Part shown: positions 13,201-25,700 of the stretch, in pieces
How positions within the stretch are numbered: the stretch's first letter is position 1
How the letters are laid out: each line of letters opens with the position of its first letter
Source: Pristiophorus japonicus
Lineage: Eukaryota
Assembly: GCF_044704955.1 (NCBI RefSeq)
Contig: NC_091982.1
Coordinates: 148,986,001-149,050,000 of the forward strand
Direction of reading: 5' to 3'
Length of the DNA: 64,000 bases
Made by a program: the position numbers and the translations under genes
The notes under the pieces: generated by a model
Told to the model about the DNA's origin: nothing
What the model saw: only the letters and a program-made list of their open reading frames with translations
Databases searched by the model: none

Positions 13201-16200
13201 ATGTGAACATGGAGAGTGAGCACAGGATAGTGAACACAGGATACTGAACAGAGATAATGAATACAGTATAGTGAACACAGATAATGAACACAGATAGTGA
13301 ATACAGGATAGTGAACACTGGATTGTGAAAATAGGAAAGTGAACACAGATAGTGTGCACAGATAGTGAATACAGAATAAAAAACACAGATAGTGACACCA
13401 AGATAGCGAACACAGATAATGAACACAAGATAGTGAACAAAGGATAGTTAAAACTGATAGTGAACACAGGATAGTGAGCAGAGATAGTGAACAAAGGATA
13501 GTGAGCACAGGATAGTGAACAGAGGATAGTGAACTGTGATAGTGAACACAGGATCATGAACACAGGATAGTGAACACTGTTCTGTGAACACAGGATAGTG
13601 AACACAGAGAGTGAGCACAGGATATTGAACACAGATAGTGAACACAGGATAGTGAACACAGATAATGAACACAGATATTGAACACAGATAATGAACATAG
13701 GATAGTGAACACAGATAGGCAACTCAGGATAGTGAACACAGGATTGTGAACACATGATAGTGATCACAGAGAGTGAGCACATATAGTGAACACAGGATCG
13801 TGAACGCATGAGTGAATGCAGATAGTGAACACAGGATTGTGACCGCAGTTAGTTAACACACATAGTGAACACTTGATGTGAACTCTGTGTCGTGAACACT
13901 GTATAGTGAGCAAAGGATATTAACACAGTTAGTGAACACAGGTTCGTGAACAGAGATAGTGAATGCAGGATACTGAGCACAGGATAGTGAAAACAGTTGG
14001 TGAACACAGGATTGTGAACACATGATATTGAACACAGTCAGTAAACAGAGGGAAGTGTACACAGGCAGATAACACAGTTAGTGAACACAGAATAGTGAAC
14101 ACAGGATAGTGAACAAAATTTGTGAACACGGGATAGTGAACACAGATAGTGAACACAGATAGAGAACACAGAATAGTGAACACAAGACAGTCAAAATTGT
14201 GAATATTGATAGTGAACACAGGATAGTGAACACAGGTTAGTGAATACTGATATTGAACAGTGGATAGTGAATACTGATAGTGAACACAGAATGGTGAACA
14301 TGGATAGTGAACACAGATAGTGAACGCAGGTTTGTGAACACAAGAATGTGAACATGGAGAGTGAGCACAGGATAGTGAACACAGGATACTGAACAGAGAT
14401 AATGAATACAGTATAGTGAACACAGATAATGAACACAGATAGTGAATACAGGATAGTGAACACTGGATTGTGAAAATAGGAAAGTGAACACAGATAGTGT
14501 GCACAGATAGTGAATACAGAATAAAAAACACAGATAGTGACACCAAGATAGTGAACACAGATAATGAACACAAGATAGTGAACAAAGGATAGTGAAAACT
14601 GATAGTGAACACAGGATAGTGAGCAGAGATAGTGAACAAAGGATAGTGAGCACAGGATAGTGAACACTGTACTGTGAACACAGGATAGTGAACACAGAGA
14701 GTGAGCACAGAGAGTGAGCACAGGATATTGAACACAGATAGTGAACACAGGATAGTGAACACAGATAATGAACACAGATATTGAACACAGATAATGAACA
14801 TAGGATAGTGAACACAGATAGGGAACTCAGGATAGTGAACACAGGATTGTGAACACATGATAGTGATCACAGAGAGTGAGCACATATAGTGAACACAGGA
14901 TCGTGAACGCATGAGTGAATGCAGATAGTGAACACAGGATTATGAACACCATTTGGCGAACACACATAATGAACACTGGATTGTGAACACTTTGTAGTGA
15001 TCACTGCATAGAGAGCACAGGATAGTGAACACAGTTAGTGAACACTGGAAAATGACCAGAAATATTGAACGCACGACAGTGAGCAGAAGATAGTGAACAC
15101 AGTTAGTGAATACAGGAATGTGAAGATAGGATTTTGAACACAGTCAGTAAAAAGAGGGTAGTGTACACAGACAGCGAACACAGTTAGTGAACACAGGATA
15201 GTGAACACAGGATTGTGAATACAGATTGTGAGCACAGGATCATGAACACAGGATTGTGAACACAAAAAAGTGACCACGGAGAGTGAGCACAGGATAGTGA
15301 ACACAGGATAGTGAACACAGCTAGTGAACACAGGATGGTGAACACAGAATTGTGAACACAGTCAGTAAACACTGGTAAATGTACACAGACAGAGAACATA
15401 ATTCATGAACACAGGATAGTGAATACAGTTAGTGAATACATGACGGTGAACACAGGATTGTGAACACAGATATTGAAGACAGGATAGTTAACATAGATAG
15501 TGAGCAGAAGATTGTTGAATATTGATAATAAACAGAGTATAGTTAGCACAGATAATGAACACAAGATAGTGGACACAGGATAGACAACACAATATATTGA
15601 ACACTGATAGTGAACACAGGATAGTGAGCACAGGATAGTGAACACAGGATAGTGAACACTGATCATGAACACAGCATAGAGAGCACAGGAACGTGAATAC
15701 AGGCTGGTGAACACTGATAGTGACCATGGGATAATGAACACTGATAGTGAACACACTATAGTGAGCACAGATAGTGAACAAAGGATAGTGAGCACAGATA
15801 GTGAACACAGGATAGTGAGCACTAAAAGTGAACAATGGACAGTGAACGCAGAATCGTGAGCACAGATAGTGAACACAGATAGTGAACACTGATAGTGAAC
15901 ATGGGGTCGTGCAAAAATGATAGTGAACAAAGGATAGTTAACACAGGATAGTGAACAGAGGATAGCGAACACAGATAGTGAACCCCTGATAGTGGACACA
16001 GGATTGTGAACACAAGATTGTGAACAAGGAGAGTGAGCACAGTATAGTGAACACAGGATAGTGAAGAGAGATAGTGAACATGGGATAGTGAACACAGTGT
16101 AGTGAACATGGCTAATGAGCACAGGATAGTGAACAAGGATAGTGAACACTGATAGTGAACATGGGATAGTGAATACTGATAATGAACGCCTGATCGTCAG

Positions 16201-18670
16201 CACAGATAGTGAAAAAAGGATAGTGACACAGGATAGTGAACCGTGGATAATGAACACTAATAGTGAACACAGGATAGTGAACACTGATATGGAACACAGG
16301 ATAGTGAACACCGGATAGTGAACACAGGAGAGTGAAGAGAGGATAGCAAACACAGATAGTGAACCCCTGATAGTGGACACAGGGTTGTGAACACAAGATT
16401 GTGAACAAGGAGAGTGAGCACAGGATAGTGAACACAGGATAGTGAAGAGAGTTAGTGAACACAGGATAGTGAACACAGATAATGAACACTGATATTGAAC
16501 ACAGGATAGTGAACATGGCTAGTGAGCACAGGATAGTGAACAAGGATAGTGAACACTGATAGTGAACACGGGATAGTGAACACTGATAGTGAACACCCGG
16601 TCGTGAGCACAGATAGTGAACAAAGGATAGTGAACACAGGATAGTGAACATAGATAATGAACACTGATATTGAACACAGGATAGTGAACATGGCTAGTGA
16701 GCACAGGATAGTGAACAAGGAGAGTGAAGACTGATAGTGAACATGGGATAGTGAATACTGATAGTGAACACCTGATCGTGAGCACAGATAGTGAACAAAG
16801 GATAGTGAACAAAGGATAGTGAACAGTGGATAGTGAACACTAATAGTGAACACAGGATAGTGAAGAGAGGATAGCGAACACAGATAGTGAACCCCTGATA
16901 GTGGACACAGGGTTGTGAACACAAGATTGTGAACAAGGAGAGTGAGCACAGGATAGTGAACACAGGATATCGAACAGTGGATAGTTAACAATAATAGTGA
17001 ACACAGGATAGTGAACACTGATATGGAACACAGGATAGTGAGCACAGGATAGTGAACAAGGATAGTGAACACTGATAGTGAACATGGGATATTGAATACT
17101 GATATTGAACGCCTGATCGTGAGCACAGATAGTGAACAAAGGATAGTGAACACAGAATAGTGAACAGTGGATAGTGAACACTAATAGTGAACACAGGATA
17201 GTGAACACTGATATGGAACACAGGATAGTGAACACTGGATAGTGAACAAAGGATAGTGAAGAGAGGATAGTGAACACAGATAGTGAACCCCTGATAGTGG
17301 ACACAGGGTTGTGAACACAAGATTGTGAACAAGGAGAGTGAGCACAGGATAGTGAACACAGGATAGTGAAGAGAGTTAGTGAACACAGGATAGTGAACAC
17401 AGATAATGAACACTGTTATTGAACACAGGATAGTGAACATGGCTATTGAGCACAGGATAGTGAACAAGGATAGTGAACACTGATAGTGAACACGGGATAG
17501 TGAACACTGATAGTGAACACCCAATCGTGAGCACAGATAGTGAACAAAGGATAGTGAACACAGGATAGTGAACAGTGGATAGTGAACACTAATAGTGAAC
17601 ACAGGATAGTGAACACTGATATGGAACACAGGATAGTGAACACCGGATAGTGAACAAGGATAGTGAACAAGGGATGGTGAACACAGAATTGTTAGCACAA
17701 GATTGTGAATACTGATAATGAACACAGGATAGTGAGCACAGATAGTGAAAATGGATAGTGAACTCACAATAGTGAGCACAGATAGTGAACAGAGGATAGG
17801 GAACACTGATAGTGAATACAGGATTGTGAAAAATGATAGTGAACACAGGATAGTGAAAATAGGATCAAGAACGAGGATAGTGAACACAGATAGTGAACAC
17901 AGGATAGTGCAAAGAGGATGGTGAACACAGGTAGTGAACCCCGGATAGTGAACACCGGGTTCTTAACACAAGTTTATGAACACGGAGAGTGAGCACAGGA
18001 TAGTGAACACAGGATAGTGAACAGAGATAATGAACACAGTTTAGTGAACACAGATAATGAACACAGAGGATGAACACAGGATATTGAACACTGGATTGTG
18101 AACGCAGGAAAGTGAAAACAGATAGTGTGCACAGATAGTGAATACAGAATAATAAACACAGATAGTGACACATGGATAGTGAACACAAATAATGAACGCA
18201 AGATAGTCAACACAGGATAATGAACACAGGGTATTGAACATGTATAGTGAGTACAGGATAGTGAACAAGGATAGTGAAAACATGATCGGGAACACAGATA
18301 ATGAACACGGATAGTGAACACCCATAATGAACACAGGATAGTGAACAAATAATTGTGAACTCAGGAAAGTAAACACAGTTAGTGAACTCAGCATAGTGAG
18401 CACAGGATTGTGAACACAGATAGTGAACACAAGTTAGTGAACACAAGATTGTGACCGCAGTTAGTGAACACACATAGTGAACACATGATGTGAACACTGT
18501 GTAGTGAACACTGTATAGTGAGCAAAGGATATTAACACAGTTAGTGAACACAGGATCGTGAACAGAGATAGTGAATGCAGGATACTGAGCACAGGATAGT
18601 GAAAACAGTTAGTGAACACAGGATTTTGAACACATGATATTGAACACAGTCAGTATACAGGGGGAAGTTT
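10202..18670 (+). repeat. Degenerate 13/14-bp satellite, segment 2
   Basis: Same monomers and orientation. Includes a ~1145-bp near-identical tandem duplication (marker GACCGCAG at 12696 and 13841) and a 0.4-0.5 kb unit repeated four times (AACCCCTGATAGTGGAC at ~15981, 16362, 16890, 17286). Confidence 0.97.
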
Positions 18671-18748
18671 TTCTTTTTTTCTCTTCGATAACAGTGAGTA
18701 AACTTTAACATTGTTGTTGCCAATTTAAGTGTATCTAAGGGTTAATTC

Positions 18749-19697
18749 ATGGCAGGAAAGCTCGGTCGGGTGTTATGCTCCTCCTGTACCATGTGGGAAC
18801 TCAGGGACGACTCCAGTGTCCCTGATGACTATGTGTGCAGGAAGTGTATCCACCTCCAGCTCCTGACGGTCCGCGTTGCGGAGTTGGAGCTGAGAGTGGA
18901 TTCACTCTGGAGCATACACGATGCTGAGAATGACGTGAGTATCATGTGTAGCGAGTTGGTCGTACTGCAGGGAAAGGGTCCACAGCCAGATAGGGAATGG
19001 AAGACCAACAGGAAGAGCAGTGCAAGGAAGGTAGTGCAGGAGTCCCCTGTGGTCATCCCCCTGCAAAACAGATACACTGCTTTGGGTACTGTTGAGGGGG
19101 ATGACTCATCAGGGGAGGGCAGCAGCAGCCAAGTTCATGGCACCGTGGCTGGCTCTGTTGCCCAGGAGGGCAGGAAAAAGAGTGGGAGAGCGATAGTGAC
19201 AGGGGATTCAATTGGAAGGGGAATAGATAGGCGTTTCTGCGGCTGCAACTGAAACTCCAGGATGGTATGTTGCCTCCCTGGTGCAAGGGTCAAGGATGTC
19301 TCAGAGCGGGTGCAGGACATTCTAAAAATGGAGGGAGATCAGCCAGTTGTTGTGGTGAACATTGGTACCAACGACATAGGTAAAAAAATGGGATGAGGCC
19401 CTACGAAACGAATTTAAGGAACTAGGAGCTAAATTAAAAAGTAGAACCTCAAAAGTAGTAATCTCGGGATTGCTACCGGTGCCACGTGCTAGTCAGAGTA
19501 GGAATTGCAGGATAGCGCAGGTGAATACGTGGCTTGAGCAGTGGTGCAGCAGGGAGGGATTCAAATTCCTGGGGCATTGGAACCGGTTCTGGGGGAGGTG
19601 GGACCAGTACAAACCGAACGGTCTGCACCTGGGCAGGACCGGAACCAATGTCCTAGGGGGAATGTTTGCTAGTGCTGTTGGGGAGGAGTTAAACTAA
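18749..19697 (+). pseudogene. CR1 ORF1p (zinc finger / leucine zipper / SGNH esterase), disrupted
   Basis: CSSC...CRKC followed by LQLLTVRVAELELRVDSL; esterase blocks TGDS, CLPGARV, IGTND and NGLH (normally DGLH). In-frame TGA at 19250-19252 and a +1 frameshift in the A-run at ~19382-19388; the C-terminal half matches ORF-track 19470..19697. Confidence 0.9.
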
Positions 19698-19699
19698 TA

Positions 19700-22663
19700 T
19701 GGCAGGGGGAAGGGAACCAATGCAGGGAGCCAGCGGGAAACAAAAAGGAGGCAAAAGCAAAAGACAGAAAGGAGATGAGGAAAAGTGGAGAGCAGAGAAA
19801 CCCAAGGCAAAGAACAAAAAGGACCATTGTACAGCAAAATTCTAAAAGGACAAATGGTGTTAAAAAAACAAGCCTGAAGGCTTTGTGTCTTAATGCAAGG
19901 AGTATCCGCAATAAGGTGGATGAATTAACTGTGCAAATAGATGTTAACAAATATGATGTGATTGGGATTACGGAGACGTGGCTCCAGGATAATTAGGGCT
20001 GGGAACTCAACATCCAGGGGTATTCAACATTCAGGAAAGATAGAATAAAAGGAAAAGGAGGTGGGGTTGCATTGCTGGTTCAGGAGGAAATTAAGGCAAT
20101 AGTTCAGAAGGACATTAGATTGGATGATGTGGAATCTATATGGGTAGAGCTGCAGAACACCAAAGGACAAAAAACGTTAGTGGGAGTTGTGTACAGACCT
20201 CCAAACAGTAGTAGTGATGTTGGGGAGGGCATCAAACATGAAATTAGGGGTGCATGCAATAAAGGTGCAGCAGTTATAATGGGTGACTTTAATATGCACA
20301 TAGATTGGGTTAACCAAACTGGAAGCAATACGGTGGAGGAGGATTTCCTGGAGTGCATAAGGGATGGTTTTCGAGACCAATATGTCGAGGAACCAACTAC
20401 GGGGGAGGCCATCTTAGACTGGGTGTTGTGTAATGAGAGAGGATTAATTAGCAATCTCGTTGTGCGAGGCCCCTTGGGGAAGAGTGACCATAATATGGTG
20501 GAATTCTGCATTAGGATGGAGAATGAAACAGTTAATTCAGAGACCATGGTCCAGAACTTAAAGAAGGGTAACTTTGAAGGTATGAGCCGTGAATTTGCTA
20601 GGATAGATTGGTGAATTATACTTAAGGGGTTGACAGTGGATGGGCAATGGCAGACATTTAGAGACTGCATGGATGAACTACAACAATTGTACATTCCTGT
20701 CTGGCGGAAAAATAAAAAAGGGAAGGTGGCTCAACCGTGGCTATCAAGGGAAATCAGGGATAGTATTAAAGCCAAAGAAGTGGCATACAAATTGGCCAGA
20801 AATAGCAGCAAACCTGTGGACTGGGAGAGATTTAGAACTCAGCAGAGGAGGACAAAGGTTTTGATTAGGGCAGGGAAAATGGAGTACGAGAAGAAGCTTG
20901 CAGGGAACATTAAGACGGATTGCAAAAGTTTCTATAGATATGTAAAGAGAAAAAGGTTATAAAGACAAATGTAGGTCCCCTGCAGTCAGAATCAGGGGAA
21001 GTCATAACGGGGAACAAAGAAATGGCAGACCAATTGAACAAGTACTTTGGTTCGGTATTCATTAAGGAGGACACAAACAACCTTCCGGATATAAAAGGGG
21101 TCGGAGGGTCTAGTAAGGAGGAGGAACTGAGAGAAATCCTTATTAGTCGGGAAATTGTGTTGGGGAAATTGATGGGATTGAAGGCCGATAATCCCCAGGG
21201 CCTGATGGTCTGAATCCCAGAGTACTTAAGGAGGTGGTCTTGGAAATAGTGGATGCATTGACAGTCATTTTCCAACATTCCATTGACTCTGGATCAGTTC
21301 CTATGGAGTGGAGGGTAGCCAATGTAACCCCACTTTTTAAAAAAGGAGGGAGAGAGATAACAGGAAATTATAGACTGGTCAGCCTGACATCGGTAGTGGG
21401 TAAAATGATGGAATCAATTATTAAGGATGTCATAGCAGTGCATTTGGAAAGAGGTGACATGATAGAACCAAGTCAGCATGGATTTGTGAAAGGGAAATCA
21501 TGCTTGACAAATCTTCTGGAATATTTTGAGGATGTTTCCAGTAGAGTGGACAAGGGAGAACCAGTTGATGTGGTATATTTGGACTTTCAGAAGGCTTTTG
21601 ACAAGGTCCCACACAAGAGATTAATGTGCAAAATTAAAGCACATGGGATTGGGGGTAGTGTGCTGACATGGATTGAGAACTGGTTGTCAGACAGGAAGCA
21701 AAGAGTAGAAGTAAATGGATACTTTTCAGAATGGCAGGCAGTGACTAGTGGGGTACCGCAAGGTTCTGTGCAGGGGCCCCAGCTGTTTACACTGTTCATT
21801 AATGATTTAGACGAGGGGATTAAATGTAGTATCTCCAAATTTGCGGATGACATTATGTTGGGTGGCAGTGTGAGCTGCGAGGAGGATGCTATGAGGCTAG
21901 GTTAGGTGAGTGGGCAAATGCATGGCAGATGAAGTATAATGTGGATAAATGTGAGGTTATCCACTTTGGTGGTAAAAACAGAGAGACAGACTATTATCTG
22001 AATGGTGACAGATTAGGAAAAGGGGAGGTGCAAAGAGACCTGGGTGTCATGGTACATCAGTCATTGAAGGTTGGCATGCAGGTACAGCAGGCGGTTAAGA
22101 AAGCAAATGGCATGTTGGCCTTCATAGCGAGGGGATTTGAGTACAGGGGCAGGGAGGTGTTGCTACAGTTGTACAGCGCCTTGGTGAGGCCACACCTGGA
22201 GTATTGTGTACAGTTTTGGTTGCCTAACCTGAGGAAGGACATTCTTGCTATTGAGGGAGTGCAGCGAAGGTTCACCAGACTGATTCCCGGGATGGCGGGA
22301 CTGACCTATCAAGAAAGACTGGATCAACTGGGCTTGTATTCACTGGAGTTCAGAAGAATGAGAGGGGACCTCATAGAAACGTTTAAAATTCTGACGGGGT
22401 TAGACTGGTTAGATGCAGGAAGAATGTTCCCAATGTTGTGGAAGTCCAGAACCAGGGGACACAGTCTAAGGATAAGGGGGAAGCCATTTAGGACCGAGAT
22501 GAGGAGGAATTTCTTCACCCAGAGAGTGGTGAACCTGTGGAATTCTCTACCACAGAAAGCTGTTGAGGCCAATTCACTAAATATATTCAAAAAGGAGTTA
22601 GATGAAGTCTTTACTACTAGGGGGATCAAGGGGTATGGTGACAAAGCAGGAATGGGGTACTGA
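19700..22663 (+). pseudogene. CR1 ORF2p (AP endonuclease + reverse transcriptase), disrupted
   Basis: APE motifs LNARSI, ITETW, YRPP, GDFN, SDH; RT motifs YRLVSLTS, QHGF, DFQKAFDKV, GVPQGS, FADD; C-terminal DLGV, RPHLEYC, RGD, TRGH. Stops at 19994-19996 and 20612-20614; frame changes at ~20958, ~21190 and ~21899. True start uncertain (frame open from 19673, first ATG 19775). Confidence 0.93.
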
Positions 22664-22754
22664 AGTTGCATATTCAGCTATGAACTCATTGAATGGCGGT
22701 GCAGGCTAGAAGGGCCGAATGGCCTGCTCCTGCACTTATTTTCTATGTTTCTCT
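22664..22754 (+). other. CR1/HER1-type 3' UTR with RT-recognition tail
   Basis: TCAGCTATGA..TTGAATGGCGGTGCAGGCTAGAAGGGCCGAATGGCCTGCTCCTGC..TTCTATGTTTCT; contains a GGCC-GAAT-GGCC hairpin and aligns with the reverse complement of 63905-64000. Confidence 0.85.
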
Positions 22755-25700
22755 AAGTTTATTCAGACAGATAACACAGTTAGTGAACACGGAATAGTGA
22801 ACACAGGATAGTGAACAAAATTTGTGAACACAGGATAGTGAACACAGATAGTGAACACATAATATAGAAAGGTATTGAACACAGGATAGTGAACACAGAT
22901 AGAGAACACAAAATAGTGAACACAAGACAGTCAAGATTGTGAATATTGACAGTGAACACCGATAGTGAACAGTGGATAGTGAACACTGATAGTAAACACA
23001 CAATAGTGAACATGGATAGTGAACACAGATAGTGTAGACCTGATAGTGAACAGAGGATAGTGAACACAGATAGTTAACCCCAGATAGTGAACACAGGTTT
23101 GTGAACACAAGATTGTGAACACAGAGAGTGAGCACAGGATCGTGAACACAGGATAGTGAACAGAGATAATGAACACAGTATAGTGAACACAGATAATGAA
23201 CACGAATAGTGAACACAGGATAGTGAACACTGGATTGTGAACGCAGGAAAGTGAACACAGATAGTGTGCACAGATAGTGAATACAGAATAATGAACACAG
23301 ATAGTGACACATAGATAGTGAACACAGATAATGAACACAAGACAGTGAACAAAGGATAGTGAACATAGGGTAGTGAACATGGATAGTGAGCACAGGATAG
23401 TGAACAAGTGTAGTGAACATAGGATCGGGAACACAGTGAGTGAACACAGATAGTGAACACCCATAATGAACACAGAATAGTGAACAATTAATTGTGAACT
23501 CAGGAAAGTGAACACAATTAGTGAACACATAGTGAACACATGATTGTGAACACTGTATTGAACACTGTGTAGTGAGTGAAGGATATTAACACAGTTAGTG
23601 AACACAGGATCATGAACAGAGATAGGATACTGAGCATAGGATAGAGAAAACAGTCAGTGAATACAGGATTGTGAACACATGATATTGAACACAGTCAGTA
23701 AACAGAGGGAAGTGTACACAGACAGATAGCACAGTTAGTGAACACTGAAAAGTGAACACAGGATAGTGAACACAATTTGAGAACACAGGATAGTGAACAC
23801 TGATAGTGAACACAGATAATATAGAAAGGTAGTGAACACAGGATAGTGAACACAGATAGAGAACACAGAATAATGAACACAAGACAGTCAAGGTTGTGAA
23901 TATTGATAGTGAACACAAGATATTGACACAGGATAGTGAACACTGATAGTGAACAATGGATCATGAATACTGATAGTGAATACAGAATAGTGAACATGAA
24001 TAGTGAAAACAGATAGTGAACACCTGATAGTGAACAGAGGATAGTGAACACAGAAAGCCAATCCCAGATAGTGAACACAGGTTCGTGAACACATGATTGT
24101 GAACACGGAGTGTGAGCACAGGATAGTGAACACAGGACAGTGAATGGAGATAGTGAACACGAAAGTGAACACAGATGGTGAACACAGGATAGTGAACACA
24201 CATAGTGAGCACAGATATTTTACACAGATATCGAAAACAGGAAAGCGAACAGGTAGTAAACACAGAATAATGAACACAGATAGTGAACAAAATAGTGAAC
24301 ACATAAAATGAAGACAGAATACTGAACACAGATAGTGAACACAGTATAGTGAACACAGGATAGTAAGCACAGATTGTGAACACAGGATAGTGAACACAGA
24401 GTGTGAGCACATACAGTGAACACAGGATAGTGTACACAGTAGTGATTGCGGATAATGAACACAGATAGTGAACACACTTAATGAACACAGGGTAGTGAAC
24501 AGGTAATAGTGAACACATTATAGTGAACACAGGAAAGTGAACATAGATAGCGAACTCAGGATAGTGAGCACATTTTAGTGAATACAGTAGTGAACACAGG
24601 ATAGTGAACACAGGATTGTGAACACCAGTTGGTGAACACACATAATGATCTGAATTGTGAACACTGTGCAGTGAACACTGTATAGAGAGCACAGGATAGT
24701 GAACACAGGAAAGTGACCACAGATAGTGAATGCACGATGGTGAGCACAGTATAGTGAACACAGTTAGTGAACATGGGGTAGTGAACACATACTAGTGAAT
24801 ACAGAGTGTGAGCACAGGATCGCGAGCAGAGATAGTGAATACAGTATAGTGAACACAAATAGTGAGCAGTTGATAGTGAACACATTATGAACAGGGGATA
24901 GTGAACACTGAGAGTGAATGTAGGTTTAGTGAACACAGCATAGTGAACAAGGATAGTGAACACAGATAGTGAACACAGCATAGTGAACAAGGATAGTGAA
25001 TACAGATAGTGAGCACAGTAGAGTGAACAAAGGATAGTGAAAACATTATAATGACCACAGGATAGTGAGCAGTCGACAGTGCACAATGATAGTTAACATG
25101 GGTTACTGAACACTGATACTGAACACAGGATAGTGAACGCAGGAGAGTGAACAGAGATAATGAACACAGGATTGTGAACACAATATAGTGAACATGGAGA
25201 GTGAGCACAGGATAGTGAACACAGGACTGTGAACATAGTTAGTGAACACAGGATAGTCAACACAGGTAGTGAATGTAGGATAGTGTGCAGAGTATAGTGA
25301 ACACAGTTAGTGAACACTGGATTGTGAACACAGCATTGTGAACAGAGGTTAGTACACACAGACAGCGAACACAGTTAGTGAAAAAGGGGAGTGAACACAG
25401 GATAGTGAGCAAAGTATAGTGAACACAGGATAGTGATTAAAGATAGTGAACACAGGATAGTGAACACTGATAGTGAACACAGGATAATGAGCAGACATAG
25501 TGAACAAAGGACAGTGAGCACAGAATAGTGAACAGAGGATAGTTAACAATGATTTTGAATATAGGATAATGAATACAGGATAGTGAACACAAGACAGTGA
25601 ACACGGAGAGTTAGCACTGGATAGTCAACACAGGAGAGTGAACACAGAAAATTAACACAGGTTAGTGAGCACAGGTAATTAACACAGATAGTGAATGCAG

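Larger units (their letters stand above)
18671..22754 (+). mobile_element. CR1-clade non-LTR retrotransposon (LINE), near full length, decayed; HER1-like 3' end
   Basis: ORF1 (CxxC..CxxC, coiled coil, SGNH esterase), ORF2 (APE + RT), and a short 3' UTR ending TTTTCTATGTTTCT instead of poly(A). AAGTTT at 18665-18670 and 22755-22760 is the probable TSD; satellite context is continuous across the insertion and the empty paralog is at ~31995. Confidence 0.95.

Noticed and set aside
21234-21905. RT next to a repeat array as a retron, DGR, CRISPR-RT or telomerase-like system
   Set aside because: The RT sits in a canonical CR1 APE-RT ORF2 with TSD and 3' tail, is pseudogenised, contains no satellite template, and inserted after the array existed.
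18829-22671. Minus-strand ORFs within the LINE (e.g. 20104-20694, 196 aa)
   Set aside because: Antisense shadows of ORF1/ORF2 with no independent motifs.
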